Virus record (IMG/VR): IMGVR_UViG_3300042456_000185
From: an uncultured virus (IMG/VR IMGVR_UViG_3300042456_000185)
Taxonomy: Duplodnaviria; Heunggongvirae; Uroviricota; Caudoviricetes; Crassvirales
DNA length: 64,000 nt
Direction: 5' to 3' (one strand)
The notes beneath the pieces were generated by a model. The model worked only from the letters and a program-made list of their open reading frames with translations, searched no databases and had not been told where the DNA came from. Below are positions 57,197 through 64,000 of this stretch, piece by piece. Made by a program: the position numbers and the translations under genes. Position 1 is the stretch's first letter, and each line of letters begins with the position of its first letter.

Positions 57197-57940
57197 TTAG
57201 TACTTAGGAGATTGCTTGAAATTTTTTCTGATAGTCTTGAGAGCTTCATCCTTACCGAATGACTTCAAGCGAGAGTTTGCTAGACGCATTTCATTGTAAT
57301 AGTCTCTGCGGGCTCTCTCCTTTTCGTTCATAGGAATGTTCGCCTTTCTCTGAACAAGACTCCAGTACATATACTTTCTGAGGGCCTCTTCTGCATAAAC
57401 GTGTACAGTTGGGTTCTCAGACAGAGCCTCATCAGCGATGTACTCCATATAGACAGTGTCAGACAGGGAGTCAGATGTTAGTTCTATTCTGTTGTTTACG
57501 TTATCAATACGATACTCACCAGAGTAGAATCCACCACCAAGGCCATACATACGACCATCTGTAGTTGCGTAAACATAGTTTCTGAACAGATATGAATCGT
57601 ATCCATACAGCAAGTCGTCAGAGTCATCAATTGGCTCGATACCTGCAATGTTGATATTCTTGTTCTCACCGAACACGTAGAAGAGTCCATCGGATCCAAT
57701 GGTCCCAACCTTAATCATATCTACATAGTCGCAAGGCAGAGCTCCAGTTCCGTTGCTCTGGTCAACCTCAATCTTTGCGCTCTTGATTCTCTTCAACATA
57801 TCGAATCCCATCTCCCTGATTCCACGCAGAGCAATGTTCCTCAAGAATACTTCGGAGACTGTATTGATGTAATCATCACCCTCTACGCTGATAATAAAGT
57901 CATTTAAGACTTGGTCAAGTGATACTGTATCCTTAGCCAT
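57197..57940 (-). CDS. Tail tubular / ring protein
   Basis: LPCDYVDMIKVG; lies upstream of the stabilisation gene. Confidence 0.65.
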   Translation of the reverse strand: MAKDTVSLDQVLNDFIISVEGDDYINTVSEVFLRNIALRGIREMGFDMLKRIKSAKIEVDQSNGTGALPCDYVDMIKVGTIGSDGLFYVFGENKNINIAGIEPIDDSDDLLYGYDSYLFRNYVYATTDGRMYGLGGGFYSGEYRIDNVNNRIELTSDSLSDTVYMEYIADEALSENPTVHVYAEEALRKYMYWSLVQRKANIPMNEKERARRDYYNEMRLANSRLKSFGKDEALKTIRKNFKQSPKY

Positions 57941-58674
57941 TACTGATTAGATTTTTCTTCTGTGGAAGCATATGCGTACACATCCTGGTCTCTCAAGTTC
58001 ACTCCTATCATCTTTGCCACCTCGATAACAAGTTCAGCAAAGTACGTCTCAGGAAGTTCAAAGTCGACACTTGTAGATGGGTTGTAGATCTCCTTGCTGG
58101 CTACTACTGTATATCCAAACTTAGGCTGGCTGACAGTCTTAGCTCCAGTGGTAGGAGTGATCCCCTGTGGTAGCTTATAGTATCTAAGCTTTACCGATGG
58201 TACAGTTGAAGGAAATACCTGCACGTTGGTGCTTACAAGGGCTACTGGGTAGTCATTGCTAGGTGCTGACAGGGTACTTCTTAGGATATAGTCAATCTTT
58301 AAGTCATCGTATACGATAGCTACTGGAGTGGCTGTAGTTGTATCAAACATATACACACCATTGGTGGTCATAGAGACGATACGGCCAAGGTCCGAAGGCT
58401 TTGCTCCAGCTCCGTTTGTAAGTGTTATCGTAGCAGACTTAGCAAACGTTGCCAAATCCTCTGCATTCATCTTGACACGTGATTTATCAAATCCAGCATC
58501 AAGTTGAGACATTCTAATTCTCTTGTTATCTACAGCTGAGTCGAACAGCTTGTTATAGATGTTCATTTGAGCGGCAGCAGCAAGACTGTTAAATACAGAT
58601 GGCGTTACAAATCCACGCTGGTCTTTATTTACCAAATCTTTTAGTGCTGAATATACTCTGTAAACGCTAGCCAT
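57940..58674 (-). CDS. Tail tubular / adaptor protein
   Basis: NKDQRGFVTP.FN...AQ and DFELPE motifs. Start moved to MASVYRVY because a promoter and terminator lie upstream. Confidence 0.65.
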   Translation of the reverse strand: MASVYRVYSALKDLVNKDQRGFVTPSVFNSLAAAAQMNIYNKLFDSAVDNKRIRMSQLDAGFDKSRVKMNAEDLATFAKSATITLTNGAGAKPSDLGRIVSMTTNGVYMFDTTTATPVAIVYDDLKIDYILRSTLSAPSNDYPVALVSTNVQVFPSTVPSVKLRYYKLPQGITPTTGAKTVSQPKFGYTVVASKEIYNPSTSVDFELPETYFAELVIEVAKMIGVNLRDQDVYAYASTEEKSNQ

Positions 58675-58701
58675 TTCTGAATACTTTGTTACAAAGATAT
58701 G

Positions 58702-58731
58702 AAAAAAGAAGAGGGGCACTTGGCCCCTCTA
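58702..58731 (-). terminator. Intrinsic terminator
   Basis: Minus strand AGAGGGGC-caagt-GCCCCTCT-tctttttt. Confidence 0.8.
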
Positions 58732-58751
58732 ACTTTCAAGCAGTTAATATG

Positions 58752-59564
58752 TTAAGCAATTTTGCTTAGTTCCTTCTTTAACTCCTCTGTGACAGGAAGA
58801 CCTTTATCGGTCATACAGAACTGAGTCATAACTTCAACGCTGTCCATACCTGCTGGAGTAGATACGATAATACGACCTGAGTCATACCAGTACATACCAT
58901 CGCCACGGGCGCTGATGATCTGGAAGTCCATCGCCTGCATAATCATAGAGCGAGTCTTGACTACAGGGTTGTCAAACATATCGATAAAGACACGTGGACG
59001 AGCCTTAGCCTCACGAAGCAATTCGTGCTTGATCTCTTTAACACCCTGATCCGTATTGATACCCAGAGACATAGCCACTGGAATCAGCTCATCAATACCC
59101 TTCTCACGTACTAGTGTGATGGCATCGTGTACCAAGAACTCAGAGTCAAGTTCAATGGAAACTTTACGTTCTGTATCCATCAATCGGAAAATACCTCCTC
59201 CATTTGCTTTATTGTCTGGGTGCATATCCAAGAACTTTGCAAGGTTGGGTTTATTTGCCTCTACCATCAACATTCCATCACGGAACACAACGTCACTACG
59301 AACAGCATTTGGAGACTGTTCATCCGTGAATACAGACCGTTCTCCTGGGCAATAGCGTAAAGCTCTGTTCTGTCCAGTTTCTGTATCGAATACGAATACA
59401 TCGTTCTGAGAGATGCGGAATACCACGCCACCTCCAGAGTCGATTACATAAATCTTTTGTTTCGGTCCCTCTTGAACCTTTTCTTTTCTTTTAACGACTG
59501 GGATGTCGGAAGATGCTGCCTCAACAGCAGGGGAGACGGGAGCCGTCTTTTTTTGGTAAGCCAT
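58752..59564 (-). CDS. Hypothetical protein downstream of the major capsid gene
   Basis: 270 aa ORF. Confidence 0.75.
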   Translation of the reverse strand: MAYQKKTAPVSPAVEAASSDIPVVKRKEKVQEGPKQKIYVIDSGGGVVFRISQNDVFVFDTETGQNRALRYCPGERSVFTDEQSPNAVRSDVVFRDGMLMVEANKPNLAKFLDMHPDNKANGGGIFRLMDTERKVSIELDSEFLVHDAITLVREKGIDELIPVAMSLGINTDQGVKEIKHELLREAKARPRVFIDMFDNPVVKTRSMIMQAMDFQIISARGDGMYWYDSGRIIVSTPAGMDSVEVMTQFCMTDKGLPVTEELKKELSKIA

Positions 59565-59584
59565 AACTGAATATAATTAACATT

Positions 59585-59625
59585 AAAAAGAAAAAGAGTA
59601 GAAAGGAGGGGCACAAGGCCCCTCC
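59585..59625 (-). terminator. Terminator after the major capsid gene
   Basis: Minus strand GGAGGGGC-cttgt-GCCCCTCC-tttctactcttttcttttt. Confidence 0.75.
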
Positions 59626-59639
59626 AACTACTCAGGTTA

Positions 59640-61067
59640 TCACTTGATCAACAAGTGGCGGTTTGCGGCACGAGTAACCAAGTTGCACTCAGAGCGGTAG
59701 TTGAACTGCAACGAGTCAACGTTGGTGTTCGTAACGCCCAAGATAGAACCGGTCATCCAGTGCTCCATTTCACGGCTGTATCCGTTAGTAGACTTGTAGT
59801 TCATTTCCAAAGCAGGAGAACGATCTCCGGTCTTAGGATCAACTACAGTAGCCATTGGGATAGCAACACCCTTGTAAACGGAGTTTGCCAACAGAGTAGG
59901 CTCGTTCAACAATTTCCAAGCTTGTTTGTGGAACGTGTAAGAACCACGCTTGAAGGAAGTGAAGCCCAACTTAACAGCAGCAGCGCCATTGTCAAATGCT
60001 CCAAAAGCTTGAGAACCGATAGTTACACCAGCTGCAGCAGAAGCCAAGCCACGAGCGATCAAGTCGTCCAAGTACAAGTCCTGCTGGCGATTAACGTACA
60101 TAGCGTACTCAGGTGCAGAACCTTGCTTGTCGAACTCGGTAACCATAGCATCAACATCGGTCAAAGTTTGGATGTATCCGCTGTTTACCATACCACGATT
60201 TTCGATGGCAGCAAAGTAACCTTCAGATCCTTCAATGGTTCCGTTGATAGAAACACTGTTGGTGTTGGTTACTCCCAGCAACATCATCATCTCACGCTTG
60301 TCCAAGAAACGCTTACGGGTATCTTGCTCAGACTTGATGTACCAGCGGTAGTCGCCATTACCCAAGTTGATCCAGCCGATGTTCGTAGCCTGTGAACCAG
60401 TAACCTTGTAGGTCTCTTTCAAGATCATATAAGGATTGGTGCGCTTGATAACATCGCTCTCCAAGTATCCTTGGTTTTGGTCAGAACCTTGTGCGAACAA
60501 GTTACCAACGATAGGCAAGGTAGCAGAAGCAGCGGCAGCAGACGCAGTCAAACCAGCAGAGGAAAGAGCAACAGCACTAGCAAAAGCAGTAGCAGTTTGA
60601 GAAGCCTCACCACCAAAGGTTGGAGATCCAGTTGCAGCACCACCATAGCTAACAGCAGTGATGATGAATCTGTCAACTCCACCGATCAATACCACGTCAT
60701 TAACACGCAAGTACTTCTGAGCGGCAGTTTTGGTAGCTCCAGTTGCATTAGCGGCAGCAGAAGCCATATTCAAGGTCAATCCAGTAGCACCAACAGCAGC
60801 AGAAGCCGCAAAGGTTACTACTTGTGCAGGGTGAAGACGAGTCTCTTCCCAGTACTGAACCTCATCGGCAGTACCGTTAGACTTGACAGCTCCTGTCATT
60901 TGCAAAAATCCGGTGATGGTCTGGTTGCCATAGGTCTTAACCAGCATATCACGGTTGTCAGGCTTGTTAACCTGGTTGATAAAATCACCCAACGACACAT
61001 ACTTGGTCGGGTCTAAGCGTCTAAACGCTGCGGGTGAAAAATCAGAAGGGGCTTGAGATAGTGCCAT
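59640..61067 (-). CDS. Major capsid protein
   Basis: 475 aa after an acidic scaffold-like gene and before a terminator; EVQYWEETRLH, EGSEGYFAAIENRG, KLGFTSFKRGSYTFHK. Confidence 0.85.
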   Translation of the reverse strand: MALSQAPSDFSPAAFRRLDPTKYVSLGDFINQVNKPDNRDMLVKTYGNQTITGFLQMTGAVKSNGTADEVQYWEETRLHPAQVVTFAASAAVGATGLTLNMASAAANATGATKTAAQKYLRVNDVVLIGGVDRFIITAVSYGGAATGSPTFGGEASQTATAFASAVALSSAGLTASAAAASATLPIVGNLFAQGSDQNQGYLESDVIKRTNPYMILKETYKVTGSQATNIGWINLGNGDYRWYIKSEQDTRKRFLDKREMMMLLGVTNTNSVSINGTIEGSEGYFAAIENRGMVNSGYIQTLTDVDAMVTEFDKQGSAPEYAMYVNRQQDLYLDDLIARGLASAAAGVTIGSQAFGAFDNGAAAVKLGFTSFKRGSYTFHKQAWKLLNEPTLLANSVYKGVAIPMATVVDPKTGDRSPALEMNYKSTNGYSREMEHWMTGSILGVTNTNVDSLQFNYRSECNLVTRAANRHLLIK

Positions 61068-61085
61068 TTTTTCTTTTTTTAGTTT

Positions 61086-62240
61086 TTAAACACGGAATCT
61101 GAGGAGATTATCGGACTGTCCTAGAGCATTCCTCAGCTGCTCTAATACAGCATCATTCGTTGGAACATTGACTGGGTTCGGTGATCCAGCGTCAACGTTA
61201 GCGGCCTTCTCTACAAGTTTGCGCTGCCCGTCCGACAGACCCTGGTTGTAGACATTCTTGACAATTTCATCAATGTTGTCCAAAACAGTTCTGTGTGCGT
61301 TCAGCATCTCGTAGTTCCAGTCCCCTTTCTCGTTCACGTACTGGTCAAAGAAAGTCTCCAGGTTACCGTTCTTCTGTTTCAGTTCGTTCTTGTAGGTGTC
61401 GTTAATACCGAACTTGAAGGCTTTGTCCTGACCGAGCTCAAACTCAATCGATTCAAATTCATCAACCTCACGGTACAGCTGACTTCTCCAAGAGTCATCG
61501 AACGGAGACTCATAACTAGCTTCCTGACTCTGTTCCTTTGGCTTCGGCATAAGATATGAACTGCGAACAGATTCAATCTCATTCCTGGCCTTGTCTGCAT
61601 CAATCTTTAAACGTAGCTTAGACAACCGGACTTCATCCTCTGAGTACATATCCTCATCGAGTTTGTACTGAGAGTTGACAAGCAGGCTAACCTCTTCTGA
61701 GGACAGGTTAGGATACTCGTTGGCCATCTTTAGACGGACAGCACTCATATCATCCATATCGGATGGGTTGAGTGTTTGGTATCGGAACCAGTCTTCTGGA
61801 GATCTGCCAGTCTTCTCAACGAAGTCTGCAATCACCTTCACACGTTCATCGATCTCTCGCTGTGCTTCGCTCGAAGTTGCCGTGAGTTCCTCTAGGCTGC
61901 TAATTGAACGTCCGAGCCTCTCGCTCAGAAAGTCCAATACAACAGATTCAATTTCCTCATCAGAAATATCTTGCGATTGGGGTTCATTATTTAAAGAACT
62001 ATCTGGAGTTGGCTCAGCCGCAGGTGTGCTGTCAGCTGGAGCTGGCTCCGAAGATGTTGTATCAGGCTCTGGGGTCTTGGTTAAGTCAATATCCGCAGGA
62101 CCAAATACTTGAGAAAGGTCTCCGTCTCCCTGTCCTGAGTTATCAAAGTCAACTCCCTCTAGTGAGACATCACCTGGCATAGTGTCAGATACTTCAAAGC
62201 CTAGGGCCTTTAAGTCATCGTTATTCAAAGAATCATTCAT
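61086..62240 (-). CDS. Putative capsid scaffolding protein
   Basis: Very acidic with a disordered N-terminus; directly upstream of the capsid gene. Confidence 0.65.
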   Translation of the reverse strand: MNDSLNNDDLKALGFEVSDTMPGDVSLEGVDFDNSGQGDGDLSQVFGPADIDLTKTPEPDTTSSEPAPADSTPAAEPTPDSSLNNEPQSQDISDEEIESVVLDFLSERLGRSISSLEELTATSSEAQREIDERVKVIADFVEKTGRSPEDWFRYQTLNPSDMDDMSAVRLKMANEYPNLSSEEVSLLVNSQYKLDEDMYSEDEVRLSKLRLKIDADKARNEIESVRSSYLMPKPKEQSQEASYESPFDDSWRSQLYREVDEFESIEFELGQDKAFKFGINDTYKNELKQKNGNLETFFDQYVNEKGDWNYEMLNAHRTVLDNIDEIVKNVYNQGLSDGQRKLVEKAANVDAGSPNPVNVPTNDAVLEQLRNALGQSDNLLRFRV

Positions 62241-62299
62241 TTTAATTAAAGTGTTGGTTTAACAAAGCAAAATTAGTAAAAATTCAGCAAGAACTTTTA

Positions 62300-62710
62300 T
62301 CAGGCTACAGTCGTGGTAAGAACACCTGCGTTGTTTACGCTGATCTTGTATTTCGTTCCATTTGGAGCCGTAAGGATTACGCCATCTGCGCTGGAGTTAA
62401 ATAGGACATCCCCACTAGGTCTAACCTCATTTGGGTTTATGTTAGCTCCATTAATAGCAGACACCACAGAAGCTGTCGGGACAGTGGCAGTAATCTTCTC
62501 AGTCAGAGCACTGTAGGTAAACTCGACACTTGCGCTATTTGCAAATGAGTCGAAAGATCTTGGGATGGTGTAGTACAGATTATCATCACCCTCAGTGACC
62601 AAATCTGTATTGTAGTCCCCAGCTTGTGCTTGAATCGTTCCAGTTCTTCCGAAGATGGAGAAAACTGAACACACGGGGAGCTTTACTGTAATTGCGGGAT
62701 TGCAGCTCAT
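62300..62710 (-). CDS. Putative structural protein
   Basis: SIFGRTG, VTEGDDNLYYT and ILTAPNGTKYKISVNNAGVL fibre-type motifs. Confidence 0.6.
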   Translation of the reverse strand: MSCNPAITVKLPVCSVFSIFGRTGTIQAQAGDYNTDLVTEGDDNLYYTIPRSFDSFANSASVEFTYSALTEKITATVPTASVVSAINGANINPNEVRPSGDVLFNSSADGVILTAPNGTKYKISVNNAGVLTTTVA

Positions 62711-62711
62711 A

Positions 62712-63074
62712 TTATTGTGTTATATCTTGGTTAACTGTAAATGTTCCATATAGCCACGTCATAACTATAAGAGACACGTCATCCGTTGCCTGAACATCAT
62801 ATGCGTAGATACCAGCGTCTACATCAGCCATCACCTCGGCTTCTACGGTAATTTTTAGCATACCATCTACACCAGTCTCGTAGGTGAAGGAATCGTCTGT
62901 GATAATAATCGTATCAGAACCTGGGTACGCTCTAACCTCAGTCTTAAACGTAAACTGGGTTGTATCTATCGGGGCCCCCGTAAGGTCGTCTACATAGGTA
63001 TTAAGAATAAACGTGTCACCACGTCTACAGGTAATATCCAACCTCAAACCAGGATCTACATTTACTTTTGCCAT
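62712..63074 (-). CDS. Putative structural protein
   Basis: LDITCRRGDTF...YAYDVQ...WLYGTFTVNQDIT; start MAKVNVD. Confidence 0.6.
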   Translation of the reverse strand: MAKVNVDPGLRLDITCRRGDTFILNTYVDDLTGAPIDTTQFTFKTEVRAYPGSDTIIITDDSFTYETGVDGMLKITVEAEVMADVDAGIYAYDVQATDDVSLIVMTWLYGTFTVNQDITQ

Positions 63075-63075
63075 A

Positions 63076-63591
63076 TCACCACTTGATTTTGTCAGCCACT
63101 GATTTACACATATATGTAAAATCATCTTGACTATATTGTTGTTTACACATATTTACCATCTTGTGAAGCCATTGTAAATTTCCAGCCTCATATCCATAGG
63201 ATGAATCTATTCTGTCAAGTGAAGCCGTATTATGTCCAACCCCCATTGCGTCAATATCCCAGCCAGTTAGGGCGCACTTAAAATCCTGTTGTACTAGCAA
63301 ATCAGCAAGATATTCAAAATCAACATCCCACTTTATATTTCTAAGTTCCGCATTAACTTTATACTTTCTAGCAAAAGATACTCTTAAAACGCCATTAACC
63401 CATCCCTTATGTGCGTTGCTTTCTGGGGTTGAGTTAGAGCACTTTTTGCAAACCTTCCCCTCTTGGAAAGATAGAAACGCATAATTCCTCCTTAGATAAG
63501 AGCAGGGGTTTCCGCAAGATGGGCAAGATTTATACCATCTTCCATCAGGCCCTTTTGTTACATCGTTTGGAAGTGTTATCAGAGTAGGCAT
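63076..63591 (-). CDS. HNH-family homing endonuclease
   Basis: CPSC..CKKC zinc finger, CALTG, and SLDRIDSSYGYEAGNLQWLHKMVNMCK. Confidence 0.8.
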   Translation of the reverse strand: MPTLITLPNDVTKGPDGRWYKSCPSCGNPCSYLRRNYAFLSFQEGKVCKKCSNSTPESNAHKGWVNGVLRVSFARKYKVNAELRNIKWDVDFEYLADLLVQQDFKCALTGWDIDAMGVGHNTASLDRIDSSYGYEAGNLQWLHKMVNMCKQQYSQDDFTYMCKSVADKIKW

Positions 63592-63890
63592 AGCATAGGA
63601 ATTAAAATCCACTTCACCCTATTAGCCCAAAAAGCTGCGCTCATTTTACCTTTAGCTATATTAGCTGCGTGGCGAGCTTTAAAGCTGGCCCTCTTCTTTT
63701 GTCTTGACTCACTAGGATTGGACTCTGTAACAGTGTCAGCGCCCTGCTCTCCGAAGCGGATAAGCTTTACTCTGTCCCCATCTTTAGCGAGGACAATGTG
63801 TGATTTTTTAGGATGACTTGGCGTTCTCTTAGCCTTATTCACCCCGCTGAGTCCGTATTTGGACAGCATATTTTTCACTCTTGTATCCAT
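63579..63890 (-). CDS. Small basic phage protein
   Basis: KLIRFGEQGA...SFKARHAANIAKGKMSAAFWA; start MDTRVK just after TACCTTTG (63896-63903). Confidence 0.8.
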   Translation of the reverse strand: MDTRVKNMLSKYGLSGVNKAKRTPSHPKKSHIVLAKDGDRVKLIRFGEQGADTVTESNPSESRQKKRASFKARHAANIAKGKMSAAFWANRVKWILIPMLCLL

Positions 63891-63906
63891 ACAGACAAAG
63901 GTATAC

Positions 63907-63936
63907 AAAAAAAGGTAGCCCTTTTGGGGCCACCTT
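63907..63936 (-). terminator. Intrinsic terminator
   Basis: Minus strand AAGGTGGCCC-caaaa-GGGCTACCTT-ttttt. Confidence 0.7.
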
Positions 63937-63955
63937 CTTCTGCAAATCCTAGAGC

Positions 63956-64000
63956 TTACTTGTACTCGAAGTACCCCTCATCGAGGTTAATACTTCCATC
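63956..64000 (-). CDS. 3' end of a gene entering from the right edge
   Basis: DGSINLDEGYFEYK* followed by a terminator. Confidence 0.5.
   Translation of the reverse strand, partial: DGSINLDEGYFEYK

Noticed and set aside
58675..58719. N-terminal extension MPLFFFHIF... from the ORF track
   Set aside because: It spans a terminator and a promoter element; the real start is probably 58674.
59655..62182. Plus-strand ORFs of up to 246 aa
   Set aside because: Antisense to the capsid and scaffold genes; likely a by-product of codon bias.
1..64000. Stop-codon reassignment as in some crAss-like phages
   Set aside because: Long genes are intact in the standard code, TAG, TGA and TAA all end genes, and no suppressor tRNA was seen.

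Overview
This window is most of a lytic dsDNA phage genome with a short-tail (podovirus-like) gene set. The host is very likely Bacteroidota, because TAnnTTTG (-7) / TTG (-33) promoters and A-rich leaders without Shine-Dalgarno sites precede most operons. Minus-strand late genes run leftward from about 20.5 kb: basic proteins, GroES-like protein, terminase, portal, lysis cassette and a repeat-rich fibre of more than 2900 aa that leaves the window. A second minus-strand block runs from 64 kb to 41.5 kb: scaffold, major capsid protein, tail tube and stabilisation proteins, internal proteins and a 2668-aa polyvalent protein. The plus-strand early/middle arm (21.5-41.5 kb) has many small host-takeover genes, ERF, RecE-like and SSB-like genes, ThyX, primase-helicase, resolvase, two glycosyltransferases, tRNA-Arg and class I RNR. 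The main finding is four type I hammerhead ribozymes between the first early genes (21761-22893). They show stem covariation, share an identical stem I, and three overlap the upstream stop codon. They should cut the earliest transcript into gene-sized RNAs that might circularise. Other notable features: an Ocr-like DNA mimic, a 7 kb early stretch lacking GATC, CTAG and AGCT, a tRNA-like RNA with a long hairpin replacing the anticodon arm, a SAM-lyase-like domain in the giant protein, and an HNH gene that seems to have captured its neighbour's 3' end. All protein calls come from reading motifs by eye; no searches were run.
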